DNA of 64,000 nucleotides from Planctomycetota bacterium (GCA_045863855.1 BTVV01000021.1:1-64000); one strand, 5' to 3'; positions 47,332-61,447 are shown, numbered from the stretch's first letter. Program-made: numbers and translations. The notes: a model not told the origin generated them from the sequence alone.

Positions 47332-48303
47332 ATGACTACTTTTCTGACGCTGACGCTTCATCCCGCGGTGGACCGGATCGTCGAGGTCGAGCGGCTGATC
47401 CCGGGCGCGCTGCTCGACGGGCGCTTGTTGAAGCGCGTGCCGGCGGGGAAGGGCGTGAATACGGCGCGGGTGCTGCGGCGGGTGCTGGGACCGCGGGCGA
47501 AGGTGCTGGCGGCGGCATGGCTGGGGACGAACGAGGTATCGCTGGCGGCGCGTTCGCTGGCGGCGGAGGGGATCGAGTTGGCGGTGGCGCGGCGGTCGTG
47601 TCCGACGCGGATCTGCACGACGTACTTGGAGCGTTTGGGCGGGCGCGAGACGCACGTGAAGGAATCGATGCCGGCGCCGAGCCGTACGGAATGCTCGGAG
47701 CTGCTGCATATGGCCGCACGCCTTCCGGTGGAACTGGGTTGCGCGGCCGTCTGCGGGTCGGCTCCGCCGCAAACCCCCGCGCGGACGCTGCGCGCGGTCC
47801 TGGCCGCGCTGCGCGCGCATGCGCGCGTCTTGCTCGCCGACACCAATGGCCCGCTGCTGGAATGGGCGTCGAAATCCGGCCTGGACGGGATCAAAGGGAA
47901 CGCGCAGGAGATCGGGGCGCTCTTGAAGCTGCGCGGGCCGCTCGACCCGTCGAAGCGCGCGCACGCTCAGGCGCTGCGCGCGCTGCCGGCGCGGCGCGGC
48001 GGACCGAAGGCGGTGCTGGTGACGGCGAGTTCGGACGCGGCGTGGCTGGCGACGCGCGAAGGCTTGTGGCGCGCGAAGCCGCCGGTGCTGCCGACGTCGC
48101 GGCGCCGTTCGGCCACCGGGTGCGGCGATGCGGCGACGGCCGGGTGGATGTGGGCTTGGTCGCAGGGTTTGGAGCCGGACGAAGCGCTGCGCCTGGCCGT
48201 GGCTTGCGGGAGCGCAAAGTTCGCGAGCGCCGATCCGGGCGCCGTGGAGGTACGGTTGGCGCGGAGGTTGAGCGCGCAGATCGAGGTAAGGCGGGAGCAG
48301 TAA
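47332..48303 (+). CDS. PfkB family carbohydrate kinase (1-phosphofructokinase-like)
   Basis: TLTLHPAVD, PAGKGVNTARVL, IKGNAQE and SATGCGDA. Confidence 0.88.
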   Translation: MTTFLTLTLHPAVDRIVEVERLIPGALLDGRLLKRVPAGKGVNTARVLRRVLGPRAKVLAAAWLGTNEVSLAARSLAAEGIELAVARRSCPTRICTTYLERLGGRETHVKESMPAPSRTECSELLHMAARLPVELGCAAVCGSAPPQTPARTLRAVLAALRAHARVLLADTNGPLLEWASKSGLDGIKGNAQEIGALLKLRGPLDPSKRAHAQALRALPARRGGPKAVLVTASSDAAWLATREGLWRAKPPVLPTSRRRSATGCGDAATAGWMWAWSQGLEPDEALRLAVACGSAKFASADPGAVEVRLARRLSAQIEVRREQ

Positions 48304-48427
48304 AAAGTAAAGAGTGAACGGTAACGACTCCTGGATGCGTTTAGTGCCGGGATTGCCGTGATCGTACTGCCGTATCCGTTACCGTTTACGGTTCACCGTT
48401 TACCGTACACCGCCTTTCGGAGTGCTC

Positions 48428-49315
48428 ATGTCCGGCGTCCCGCTCGTCACGAAATCCGATCTGGTTCAGGCGTTGCAAGCGGCCGGCATCGAGCCGGGCG
48501 ATACGCTGATGGCGCACAGTTCGCTCAAGAGTTTCGGGACGTTCGACGGCGGGCCGGAGGCGCTGATCGACGGGCTGCTGGAGGCGGCCGGGCCGGATGG
48601 GCACGTGGCGATGCCGACGTTGACGGCGACGTACGTGAACGTGCCCGGCGCGTCGGGGCTGGCGTTCCATAAGGGCCGAACGCCCTCGCGGGTGGGGGCG
48701 GTGACGGACGTGTTCTGGCGGCGGCCGGAGGCGGTGCGCAGCGGCGGGCTGACGCATTCGGTCGCGTGCATCGGTCCGAACGCGGCGGAGTGGATGGCGG
48801 CGCACGGTCCGGAGACGACGACGTTCGGCGACTGGGACGGCCCGTACGCGCAGTACGTGCGGGCTCAGGGAAGGCCGTCGAAGCTGGTATTTCTTGGGGT
48901 GACGCCGGTCTGCAACACGACGCTGCACGCGGTGGAAGAATGGCTGGGGCTGCCGTACCTGGCATCGGCCGTGGCGTTGCAGGAATTGGAAGACGGCCGG
49001 CAGGTGGCGGTTCCGGTGACGCACGCTCCGCTGGGCCCGCGGGGTTTCTATAAGATTCTCGACCGGCACCATGCGCAGATGGAGGCCACGGGGCGGATCC
49101 GGCGGGTTTCCTGCGGGCCGGCGACGGTGGCCGTTATGGACGCTCGAGCCTGCGTGGCCGAGACGATCCGGCAGGAATTAGCCTCCCCCGGCGCTTTATT
49201 ACGAGATCGGCCGGATTGTGAGTTCTCCACTAAAGGTAGGGCCGCCTGTTTGACGATGCAGGATGAGCTTCGGGCCCGCGCGCAGGAAATCCGCGCGCGA
49301 GGCCTGAGCGAATAG
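48428..49315 (+). CDS. AAC(3)/Antibiotic_NAT family N-acetyltransferase
   Basis: GDTLMAHSSLKSFG, MPTLT, THSVAC and CNTTLHAVEE. Confidence 0.85.
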   Translation: MSGVPLVTKSDLVQALQAAGIEPGDTLMAHSSLKSFGTFDGGPEALIDGLLEAAGPDGHVAMPTLTATYVNVPGASGLAFHKGRTPSRVGAVTDVFWRRPEAVRSGGLTHSVACIGPNAAEWMAAHGPETTTFGDWDGPYAQYVRAQGRPSKLVFLGVTPVCNTTLHAVEEWLGLPYLASAVALQELEDGRQVAVPVTHAPLGPRGFYKILDRHHAQMEATGRIRRVSCGPATVAVMDARACVAETIRQELASPGALLRDRPDCEFSTKGRAACLTMQDELRARAQEIRARGLSE

Positions 49316-49418
49316 CGAATTCTGCAAGCGGATCAGGCGGCCGGACGTGGGGAGCCGGCGCATCCGAAAAGTTACAGGCGGCGCGCCCCCCGCTCCGCCA
49401 GCCGATGGGAGGTTGTGC

Positions 49419-50216
49419 ATGTTCGGGATCAAGCAAGTGGCGATGGCGTTGATGGCCGGCGGCGCGTTGCTGACGGCGACGGGCTGCGGGAAGCAGTCCC
49501 GCGCGGAACGCGCGTTGAACGAGAAGGACCGGATGATCCGGCAGCTCGAAGAGGACAAGGCGGTAACGGCTCAGCGCGAAGCGGAAGCGCGCGCGCTGGC
49601 CGCTCAAGCGACCGCTCAGAACGAGCTGCTCGGCAAGCAGGTGCACGCCGTGACGGTGCAGAACGCCCAGCAGACGGCGGCGCTGCGGCAGCAATTGACC
49701 AACATGCAGACGGATATGGCGGCGCTGCAGAAGAGGCTCGAAGCGGCCGGCGGTCCGGGCAGCGTTTCGGTGGTGGAAGGCGGCAGCAAGGAGCCGGGCG
49801 CGATCACGATCCGCGTGGCGAACACGGTGCTGTTCGATGCGGGCCGTGCGACGCTGAAGCCGGGCGCCGAACGGACGCTGGCGGAAGTGGCGAGCACGCT
49901 GAACGGGCAGTACGCGAACCACTATGTCCGCGTCGAAGGGCACACGGACAGCACTCCGATCGTGCGCGAGACGACGAAGAAGATGTTCAACGACAACATG
50001 GAGCTGTCGCAGTCGCGCAGCAAGGCGGTCTACGACTGGCTGATCGGCGGCGGCAAGGTCGGTTCGAGCCGGCTGTACACGGCGGGCTACGGCTACAGCC
50101 AGCCGGTGGTGTGGCCGGAGAAGAGCGCCGAAGACAAGGCCAAGAACCGGCGCGTGGACATCGTGATTCTGCCGAACAACGTGAAAGTGAACAAGGAACA
50201 CCTGGCTTCGCGGTAA
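49419..50216 (+). CDS. OmpA/MotB-family lipoprotein with a coiled coil
   Basis: Lipobox-like TATGC, VLFDAG, VEGHTDSTP, NMELSQSR, AGYG and NRRVDI. Confidence 0.9.
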   Translation: MFGIKQVAMALMAGGALLTATGCGKQSRAERALNEKDRMIRQLEEDKAVTAQREAEARALAAQATAQNELLGKQVHAVTVQNAQQTAALRQQLTNMQTDMAALQKRLEAAGGPGSVSVVEGGSKEPGAITIRVANTVLFDAGRATLKPGAERTLAEVASTLNGQYANHYVRVEGHTDSTPIVRETTKKMFNDNMELSQSRSKAVYDWLIGGGKVGSSRLYTAGYGYSQPVVWPEKSAEDKAKNRRVDIVILPNNVKVNKEHLASR

Positions 50217-50241
50217 GGCCATCCTTTCCCGACCGCATAAG

Positions 50242-50272
50242 GAGCGGGCCTATTAAGGCCCGCTTTTTTTTT
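50242..50272 (+). terminator. Rho-independent terminator
   Basis: GAGCGGGCCT-ATTA-AGGCCCGCTT followed by a T-run. Confidence 0.92.
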
Positions 50273-50368
50273 GGGACGGACGAGGCGGAAGTCTTGGCGG
50301 TTGCCGTGCGGAGGCCAACGGCTACCATTTCGCTGCGCTTCAATCTAATCCCTTCGAGGTGAACGGTC

Positions 50369-51388
50369 ATGAAAGGCCAGGCGATCGGAATTGCGGTCAC
50401 GGTGCTGGTGGTGATCGCGCTGGTGTGGGCGTTTTCGGGTCCGGCGCACAGCCCGAGTCCTCCGGGGGCGTTCTCGGCGGCGCTGATCACGCCGGGCGAC
50501 GTGACGGACGGAGGCTGGTCGCAGAGCGCGTACACGGGGCTGAAGCAGATCGAGAAGGAACTGGGCGCGCGCGTGCAGAACGCAACGGCGCAGGCCTCGG
50601 GGCTGCCGTCGGCGCTGGACAGCCTGCGCACGTACCTGGGCGAAGGGACGAACGTGGTTTTCCTCCACGCAGGGGAATGGTGGCGCCCGCAGCTCGTGGA
50701 ATTGGCGGGCAAGCATCCGAAGGCGCAGATCTTCGTGAGCGGTAACGACAAGGACGCGGAAGGGAACGTGGCGGGACTGCGCTTCGTGCTGGAAGATGCG
50801 TGCTACGTGCTGGGGTATCTCGCGGGGAAGCTGACGAAGAGCGGGGTGCTGGGCTGCGTGGGACCGAAGAAGCATCCGGTGATCGAGAGCACGTTCGAGG
50901 CGTTTGCGGCGGGGGCGAAGGAAGCGCGTCCGGACGCGGACGTGCGGATCGTCTGGACCGATTCGTGGGACGACGTGGCGAAGGCGAAAGAGCAGACGCT
51001 GGCGCTGATCGGGCAGAACGCGGATTTAATCTTCCACAATGCGAACAACGGCGCGCGGGGCGTCTTCGAAGCGGTGCAGGAGCACAAGGACAAGGGTGTG
51101 CTGGCTTTCGGGAGCAACGACGACCAGAACGCGCTCTTTCCGGAGACGATCCTCGCCAGCGCGGTGTTGGACATTCCCAAGACGTTTCTAGATGTGGCGG
51201 CGCAGGTGAAGGCGGGGAGCTTCGACGGGAAGACGCAGATTTTCGGCTTGCCCGAAGGCTACGTGTGGGTGGCGTTCAACCCGAAGCTGGACGCGAAGAT
51301 CCCGGCGGAGACGAAGCAGGGGTGCGAGGCGCTGATCGCGAAGATCAAGTCGCGTGCGTTCGAAGTTCCGCGCAAATCGCTGAAGTAA
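50369..51388 (+). CDS. BMP family (PrnA-like) ABC substrate-binding protein
   Basis: PGDVTDGGWSQSAYTG, YVLGYLAG, AFAAGA, SWDDVAKAKE and ADLIFH. Confidence 0.9.
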   Translation: MKGQAIGIAVTVLVVIALVWAFSGPAHSPSPPGAFSAALITPGDVTDGGWSQSAYTGLKQIEKELGARVQNATAQASGLPSALDSLRTYLGEGTNVVFLHAGEWWRPQLVELAGKHPKAQIFVSGNDKDAEGNVAGLRFVLEDACYVLGYLAGKLTKSGVLGCVGPKKHPVIESTFEAFAAGAKEARPDADVRIVWTDSWDDVAKAKEQTLALIGQNADLIFHNANNGARGVFEAVQEHKDKGVLAFGSNDDQNALFPETILASAVLDIPKTFLDVAAQVKAGSFDGKTQIFGLPEGYVWVAFNPKLDAKIPAETKQGCEALIAKIKSRAFEVPRKSLK

Positions 51389-51416
51389 GCGTCGTTCCGG
51401 CGCTCGTTCGTAGCGT

Positions 51417-52640
51417 TCAGCGCCCCGGGGACCAGCGGTATTCGAAGCGCGGGGTGGCTTGTTCGAGGAAGCCGCGCGCGTCGATCTGAACGCCGGTGTT
51501 GATCTCGACCTTCGGGCCGCGGGCTTCTCCGGCCAGGACTTCCATCAGCGTGGGGTCGCTGCGGTAGCGCACGACGGACGCCTGGGTGAGTCCCGCGCGC
51601 TGCAGGGTTTCGGCCAGCGCGTCTTCGAGATAGCCGACTTTATCCACGAGGCCTAAGTCCAGCGCCTGTTCGCCGGTGAAGATGCGGCCGTCGGCGACTT
51701 TGCGCACCGCGGTCTTGGCTTCCTCGAGGCCGGCGGGAATCGGGCCGCGCCCGGCGCGCCCGGTCGCCACGATGGTGACGAAGCGGTCGTACATGGCGTC
51801 GACGACGGATTGAATGATGGCGAGTTCCTCGACGGTCATCTCGCGCCCGCTGCTGAGGATATCCTTGTGGGGGCCGCTCTTGATGGGGCGGTCTTTGATG
51901 CCGAGCTTCTGCTCGAAGAGTTCCTGCATGTTCATGTGCCCGATGATCACGCCGATGGAACCGGTGATGCAGGTGGGCGAGGCGACGATGGCGTCGGCGG
52001 GGGCGGCGACGTAGTAGCCGCCGGAAGCGCACAAATCGCCGCAGTGGACGACGATCACCTTCCCGGCTTCCTTGGCCTTCTTGATCTCGTGGCAGATCTC
52101 GTCGCTGGCCGTGACGCCGCCGCCGGGCGAATCGACGCTGAGCAGGATGCCCTGTACGTCCGGATCTTCGGCGGCCTGCCGAACCTGCTTGATGACGCTT
52201 TGGACGATGGACGGCCCGCCGCCGAAGAGTCCGCCGCTGGGGACGTCCATGATCACGCCGTGCAGGTCGATCAGCGCGATCTTGTCGTCGCCCGAACCTT
52301 CGACGACGACTTCGCGCAGCTTGCGCTGCCCGCCCGCTTGAGCGCCGCCGGCTCCGGAGAGCACGCCGATGAAACCGACCAGCATCATTCCGCCCAAGCC
52401 GAAGACCACGAGCACGATCAGCGTGACCCACCAGCCGGTGTTGGATTTTTTGGGCGGTGGCGGTGGCGGAAAGGCCGGATAGCCGCCGTAGCCGAGCGGC
52501 GGCAAGGGCCCTTGCGGCGGTCGGCCGGCGGGCGGGACGGGCGTCGCCGGGCCGTAGCTGGTCGGGACGACTTCGCGGCGGTCGGGCAGCGGGGTCTGGC
52601 CGGGCGCGCCGAACTGGGTGGTGTCCTGGGTATCGCTCAT
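51417..52640 (-). CDS. sppA: Signal peptide peptidase SppA (S49), with a Pro-rich N-terminus and TM
   Basis: VDSPGGGV, ASGGYYVA, TGSIGVI, SGPHKD and DGRIFTGEQAL. Confidence 0.93.
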   Translation of the reverse strand: MSDTQDTTQFGAPGQTPLPDRREVVPTSYGPATPVPPAGRPPQGPLPPLGYGGYPAFPPPPPPKKSNTGWWVTLIVLVVFGLGGMMLVGFIGVLSGAGGAQAGGQRKLREVVVEGSGDDKIALIDLHGVIMDVPSGGLFGGGPSIVQSVIKQVRQAAEDPDVQGILLSVDSPGGGVTASDEICHEIKKAKEAGKVIVVHCGDLCASGGYYVAAPADAIVASPTCITGSIGVIIGHMNMQELFEQKLGIKDRPIKSGPHKDILSSGREMTVEELAIIQSVVDAMYDRFVTIVATGRAGRGPIPAGLEEAKTAVRKVADGRIFTGEQALDLGLVDKVGYLEDALAETLQRAGLTQASVVRYRSDPTLMEVLAGEARGPKVEINTGVQIDARGFLEQATPRFEYRWSPGR

Positions 52641-52791
52641 GACGGATCCTCTTGCGGGCCGCACGTTTCGAAGCGGCAGTCTAACACGGCCGGCGTCCGG
52701 CGGCAGGTCGCGTTCGATGCCGCGTGGCGGCTGCTTCCCATAAAATGATACGCGGGGCAGGGGGAGTCTTTCGATGCGGGTAGGCTGTAAA

Positions 52792-52932
52792 CGGCAAACC
52801 TCGAACGGCAAGAACCGAACAAACGTCAAAAGGCAAAACGGCCATCGGAAACCGGCGGCTCAAGCGGCGGTGCGGTCGCTTGGCATTTGCCGTTTCGACG
52901 TTTGTTTGGTTCTTGGCGTTTGCCCTTTGCCG
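52792..52932. repeat. Long imperfect inverted repeat (46/47-nt arms)
   Basis: Positions 52792-52837 are approximately the reverse complement of 52886-52932. Confidence 0.8.
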
Positions 52933-52955
52933 CTTCGCAAACAACGGCAGTTGCC

Positions 52956-53954
52956 CTACGCGCCCAAAAACTGCTTCACGGCGTCGCGCTCTTCTTCCAG
53001 TTCTTTCGCGGTGGCCTTGAGCTTTTCCTGGGCGAAGGCGTCGAGCTTCAGGCCTTCGACGATCTTGTAGCCGCCGTTTCCATCACAGCGGACGGGGTAG
53101 CCGAACTGGAGCCCTTCGGGGACCCCGTACTCGCCGCGGCTGGGAACGGCGAGGCTGGTCCAGTCGTCGCCGGGGGTCTTGGCGCGGATCGAGTTGACCA
53201 TGTCGATCAGCGCGTTGGCGGCGCTGCCGGCGCTGGAGGCTCCGCGGGCTTCGATCACCTTGGCGCCGCGCTGCTGGACGGTGGGGATGAAGGTCTCTTT
53301 CAACCAGGCTTCGTCGCCGATGACTTGGGGCGCGGGCTTCCCGCCGATGCGCGCGTTCCAGGCGTCGGGGAACTGGGTGGCGCTGTGGTTGCCCCAGATG
53401 GTCATGTTCGTGACGTCCTTCACCGCCACGCCGGCCTTCTTGGCGAGCTGCGCCTTGGCGCGGTTCTCGTCGAGGCGGGTCATGGCGAAGAAGCGTTCGG
53501 CGGGAACTTCCGGCGCCGAGAGGCGCGCGATCATGCAGTTGGTGTTGGCGGGGTTGCCGACGACGCAGACGCGGATGTCCTTCGCGGCATGCGCGGCGAT
53601 GGCGCGGCCTTGGGGCCCGAAGATTTTGCCGTTGGTCTGGAGCAAGTCTTTGCGCTCCATCCCTTGCTTGCGCGGGAACGCTCCGACGAGCAGCGCCCAG
53701 GAACAGTCTTTGAAGGCCATGTTGGCATCGGTGGTGGTGACGATATCGCTCAGGAGCGGGAAGGCGCAGTCGTCGAGTTCCATGACGGTGCCCTGGAGGG
53801 CCTTCATGGCCGGTTCGATTTCGAGGAGTCGCAGGACGACGGGCTGGTCGGGTCCGAGAAGCTGTCCGGAGGCGATGCGGAAGATGAGTTGGTAGCCGAT
53901 CTGGCCGCCGGCGCCGGTGATGGTGACGTGGAGCGGCTTCTTGGACGCGGACAT
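52956..53954 (-). CDS. mdh: Malate dehydrogenase (cytosolic-type / MDH type 2)
   Basis: [39 protein letters not shown] and IWGNHS. Confidence 0.96.
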   Translation of the reverse strand: MSASKKPLHVTITGAGGQIGYQLIFRIASGQLLGPDQPVVLRLLEIEPAMKALQGTVMELDDCAFPLLSDIVTTTDANMAFKDCSWALLVGAFPRKQGMERKDLLQTNGKIFGPQGRAIAAHAAKDIRVCVVGNPANTNCMIARLSAPEVPAERFFAMTRLDENRAKAQLAKKAGVAVKDVTNMTIWGNHSATQFPDAWNARIGGKPAPQVIGDEAWLKETFIPTVQQRGAKVIEARGASSAGSAANALIDMVNSIRAKTPGDDWTSLAVPSRGEYGVPEGLQFGYPVRCDGNGGYKIVEGLKLDAFAQEKLKATAKELEEERDAVKQFLGA

Positions 53955-54114
53955 GCGGAGAGTCTCCTTGCGCTGGATGCGTGCGAGTTGCTTTTAATGT
54001 AGGCGCCCGCGCCGCGTTGCCAAGGGCAGATGGGCGCAGGAGGCTGGTCTTCGAGCGGGAAGGCGCGCGCTTACAGGTGTGTTCAACCTGCCGGAGCGGC
54101 GGTACACTGTCCGC

Positions 54115-55665
54115 ATGGCCGGCCGCTGGACTCGCCTCCGCCGCTTCACGCGCTTTTCGCTGCGTACGTTCGTGTTGTTGCTGCTCTTGCTCGGCGCGGC
54201 CGGGGCGCTGTGGCGGCAGTGGGAGCCTTGGGTGGAGGTGGCGGTGTTGGAGTTTGAAGCGCAGCCCATTAGCTCCGTTTCGTTTTCTCCGGATGGAAGC
54301 AAAATCCTTACGTTCAGCTACGGAGGATCGCTGTTTACGTCTAGTCCTGTAAAGGCTCCGAATATGATGCGAACTTGGAGTTCAAATGATTTTCGACCTT
54401 TGGCTCAAATGGAATGGGGTGAACATCCGGGAGATTCGGGAACGGCCGGTGGCCGATTCTCTCCTGATGGCAAATGGTTAGTCAGTGAGATGGTTGGGCA
54501 TGTCCATCTCTGCCGGCTTTTTGATGCCGAAACTGGGGCTGATATTTTAGAGACGAACGCACAGAAGATTGAGTTTCTTCGCGCATCTTCTCTAGCGCTG
54601 GTTCATACCGAAGCAGGTTCTTGCTTTATCTACGATTTGGAGCAAGGTGTTCGTTGGGCTGAAATTGGGCACCCAAAAAGCATGATAACAACGGCGCATG
54701 CCACACCCAACGCCGAGTTCATAGTTACACTGGGTGACTCCATTCGACTCTTGAATGGCGTCATAGCCCCAAGAGTAGCCAGTTTATGTATATGGAATGC
54801 GAGATCTGGAAAGCTTGTACGCACACTTACGGACGAATTGAACCAATCGGTTTACTCACATTACCTGAGTTACGACGGAAAACTCGTTATTGGCGTCATG
54901 GAAGAGCAGAAAAAGACGGCAGTTTGGAAACTCGATACTGGGGAAAAAATAGCCGAATTCGAAGGCGTGCCCATTGATAGCAACCCACTGATTCCAAACT
55001 CATACCTGATTCTCATGAGACTAGAGGACTGGAAGTTTCGAGTTCTTGACCTTGCTAATGGCAAGGTAATAGCCCAACTTGCGGGGCATCCCTTATTCCC
55101 AAAACCTTTCACTAGTGATGGCAGGAAGTTGGTTATTTACGATCGAGATTGGGGAGGGCTAACAATCCTGAACCATCCCGAGTTCGTGCAAACCCCGCCT
55201 ATTAAACCTATAGGTTCGTATGACTATTCGATCATCTCGCAAGACAACAAGTTCGTGACTTTGATCTGTTATAGAAGCCTGAGCCGTACGGAAGTACATA
55301 TCTACAACTTGGAGCATGGGATGTACGTCATGGACTGTCGTGCAGATACTGCCATCATAACTAAGCTTGGGTATGCCGTAACATGCGCCGCGCATGGTAA
55401 GTATCCCATTCAAATCTGGAACCTGAATACACACTCCATCGCTTTTGAATTACCGCTAGGCACCTATAAGGCCATATCTGCCTCCCCAGACGGGCAACGT
55501 ATTGCTTTCATTAGTCCCGACGGCACCGCCCGCGTCTGGGAACGCCGCCGCGATGAGGGAACGGCCGGGTTATTCGCCTTACCTTCACTATGGCTTACCG
55601 CCCTCTTCTTCACCGCTTTCTTCTGGAGTGCCTTCCGCGACGTTAAGGAATTAAAAAGTGCGTAG
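54115..55665 (+). CDS. WD40-like beta-propeller protein with N- and C-terminal membrane anchors
   Basis: RFSLRTFVLLLLLLG anchor, repeats FSPDGS, FSPDGK and SPDGQRI..SPDGTARVW, and C-terminal LWLTALFFTAFFWS. Confidence 0.85.
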   Translation: MAGRWTRLRRFTRFSLRTFVLLLLLLGAAGALWRQWEPWVEVAVLEFEAQPISSVSFSPDGSKILTFSYGGSLFTSSPVKAPNMMRTWSSNDFRPLAQMEWGEHPGDSGTAGGRFSPDGKWLVSEMVGHVHLCRLFDAETGADILETNAQKIEFLRASSLALVHTEAGSCFIYDLEQGVRWAEIGHPKSMITTAHATPNAEFIVTLGDSIRLLNGVIAPRVASLCIWNARSGKLVRTLTDELNQSVYSHYLSYDGKLVIGVMEEQKKTAVWKLDTGEKIAEFEGVPIDSNPLIPNSYLILMRLEDWKFRVLDLANGKVIAQLAGHPLFPKPFTSDGRKLVIYDRDWGGLTILNHPEFVQTPPIKPIGSYDYSIISQDNKFVTLICYRSLSRTEVHIYNLEHGMYVMDCRADTAIITKLGYAVTCAAHGKYPIQIWNLNTHSIAFELPLGTYKAISASPDGQRIAFISPDGTARVWERRRDEGTAGLFALPSLWLTALFFTAFFWSAFRDVKELKSA

Positions 55666-55729
55666 TTCGCGCCCGCGAGCCGCGTAGGCTTTCCTCAGCT
55701 TCGCTTCTCGCGCCGCGAAAGGACCGCTC

Positions 55730-57718
<1,989 letters not shown>

Positions 57719-57854
57719 CAGGTTACCTTGCAGTACCTGCGGATTTTTTTGTGAACCAGCACGCCGTGCACGGCTTGTGCAATGCGCGGTGGGTCAGGTA
57801 GGGTGCGGGCATCGCTTGCGTTCGCATTCAGCCGATTCCGGGGAGCCCTTCGCC

Positions 57855-58835
57855 ATGCGCATCGTGGACGCTCATATTCATGTGGATACCGACGACGATA
57901 AGGTGCTCGCGTTGTGCGACGAGCTGAACTTGAAGGTGTTGAACATCAGCGTGCCTTTGAACAACGAAGGCCGCTGGCGGAGCGTGCGGCAGGCGGCGTA
58001 CCGCCGCGCCGCGTCCAAGCGGCCCGACGCGTCGGCGTGGGTGACGGGCTTCGATCTGCCGCGCTTCGGCGATCCGAAGTACGCGTCGAGTTGCATCGAA
58101 CAGCTCGAGGCCGATTTCGCCGCCGGAGCCGTGGGCTGCAAGGCGTGGAAGAACATCGGCATGGAGGAGCTGAAGCCCGACGGGAGCTTCGTGCAGATCG
58201 ACGACGCGATCTTCACGCCGATTTTCCGCTGGCTGGAAGAGCACGACAAGACGGTGCTGCTGCATATGGCCGAGCCGCTGGCGTGCTGGCGGCCGATTCG
58301 CGAAGGCAAGCCGCACGCGGGCTACTACAAGGCCAACCCGCAGTGGCACATGTACAACAAGCCCGAGTATCCGGCGCACGAAACGATCGTCGCGGCACGC
58401 GACCGGCTGGTGGAGCGGCACCCGAAGCTGCGCGTCGTCGGGGCGCATTTGGCCAGCCTGGAGTGGGACGTCGACGAGATGGCGCGGCGCTTCGAGCGCT
58501 ATCCCAACTTCGCGGTGGACACCAGCGCGCGGCTGTGGGATCTGATCGAACAGCCGACCGAAAAAGTGCGTGCGTTCTTCCTGAAATACGCCGACCGGAT
58601 CCTGCACGGGACGGACGTGATCGTGCGCGGCGATTTCGCCACGGCCACGCCGGAGCAACAGGCCGGACGGTTGAAGGATCTGCGCGACGAGACCGCGGTG
58701 TATCTGCGCTACTATTCGAGCGCCGAGCCGGTGACGTACCAGACGAGCACCGCGCGCGGACTGGGGCTGCCGGAGAAGGTGGTGGAGCAGGTGACGAAGA
58801 CGAACGCTCGGCGCTGGTATCCGGGGCTGGGGTAG
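57855..58835 (+). CDS. Amidohydrolase family protein
   Basis: IVDAHIH, KAWKNIG, LLHMAEP, VVGAHLAS and RILHGTD. Confidence 0.9.
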   Translation: MRIVDAHIHVDTDDDKVLALCDELNLKVLNISVPLNNEGRWRSVRQAAYRRAASKRPDASAWVTGFDLPRFGDPKYASSCIEQLEADFAAGAVGCKAWKNIGMEELKPDGSFVQIDDAIFTPIFRWLEEHDKTVLLHMAEPLACWRPIREGKPHAGYYKANPQWHMYNKPEYPAHETIVAARDRLVERHPKLRVVGAHLASLEWDVDEMARRFERYPNFAVDTSARLWDLIEQPTEKVRAFFLKYADRILHGTDVIVRGDFATATPEQQAGRLKDLRDETAVYLRYYSSAEPVTYQTSTARGLGLPEKVVEQVTKTNARRWYPGLG

Positions 58836-58838
58836 GGC

Positions 58839-59750
58839 TTACGCTTTGAACGAGCCGACCAGGGGCTTCAGATCCACGTAGCCTTCGGCTTTCAACCAGG
58901 CGTCCAGTTCGCCCGGCAGGCGGTTCAGGAAGTCGGGGTCTAGGTAGTTCGTCGTGCCGACCTGCACGGCGCAGGCTCCGACCATGAAGAATTCCAGCGC
59001 GTCTTCCAGCGAGCGGATTCCGCCGATGCCGACGACGGGGACGCCGGGGCAGGCGCGCGCGGCTTGCCAGACGCACCTCAGCGCCACGGGCTTGATCGCG
59101 GGGCCGCTGAGGCCGCCGGTCACGTTCGCGATGCGCGGGCGGCGGGTTTTCACGTCCACGGCCATGCCCAGGAGCGTGTTGATCAGGGAGAGCGCTTGCG
59201 CGCCGCCTTCGACCGCCGCGCGGGCGATTTCGGCGACGTCGGTCACGTTGGGCGAGAGCTTGGCCAGGAGTAGTTTCTTCGTCGTGGGCTTTAAAGCTTT
59301 GAAGAGCCGTTCGCAATCGGCGGCGTCGCTGGCGAAGCGGCAGCCGTGCTTCACATTCGGGCAGGAGATGTTGATCTCGAAGCCGTCCACGGCTTCGATG
59401 GGATCGAGGCGCGTGCAGATCTCGGCGTATTCCTCGACGGAGTTCCCGACGACGTTGACGAGTACTTTCGTTGGCAGCTTGGCGAGTTCGGGAACTTTCT
59501 TCTCGATGAAGACGTCGAGGCCGCAATTCTCGAGGCCGATGGCGTTGAGCATTCCGGCGGAGGTTTCCCAGATGCGCGGGGTGGGGTTGCCTTCGCGCGG
59601 CGCGACAGAGAGCGATTTGGTGACGACGGCGCCGAGGTTCGCGAGGTCCACGATGGGAGCGTATTCGCTGCCGTAGCCGAAGGTGCCGCTGGCGGCCATG
59701 AAGGGCGTGGCGAGGGTGAGGTTCCCTAGGCGGGTGGTCAGATCAGGCAT
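58839..59750 (-). CDS. pyrD: Dihydroorotate dehydrogenase, family 1 catalytic subunit
   Basis: [35 protein letters not shown] and [10 protein letters not shown]. Confidence 0.95.
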   Translation of the reverse strand: MPDLTTRLGNLTLATPFMAASGTFGYGSEYAPIVDLANLGAVVTKSLSVAPREGNPTPRIWETSAGMLNAIGLENCGLDVFIEKKVPELAKLPTKVLVNVVGNSVEEYAEICTRLDPIEAVDGFEINISCPNVKHGCRFASDAADCERLFKALKPTTKKLLLAKLSPNVTDVAEIARAAVEGGAQALSLINTLLGMAVDVKTRRPRIANVTGGLSGPAIKPVALRCVWQAARACPGVPVVGIGGIRSLEDALEFFMVGACAVQVGTTNYLDPDFLNRLPGELDAWLKAEGYVDLKPLVGSFKA

Positions 59751-59875
59751 GCGTGCAGCGTAGCCGGGCAGGCGGCCGCGGCGCAAGCGCCGGAGAGCCG
59801 GCGGCTTGTGCTTTACCCCTTTTCGTTCCGCGCCTACCATACCAGGCGTATTCAACCGATCGAGGGACGCACCCC

Positions 59876-61447
<1,572 letters not shown>

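Noticed and set aside
49419..50216. Flagellar stator motB
   Set aside because: There is no adjacent motA and no N-terminal TM helix with the conserved Asp. It has a lipoprotein-type signal, so it is called only OmpA/MotB family.
54330..55500. Diversity-generating retroelement or prophage/IS insertion as the cause of the AT-rich core
   Set aside because: No reverse transcriptase, template/variable repeat pair, transposase or att-like repeats are visible in the window, and the ORF is uninterrupted.
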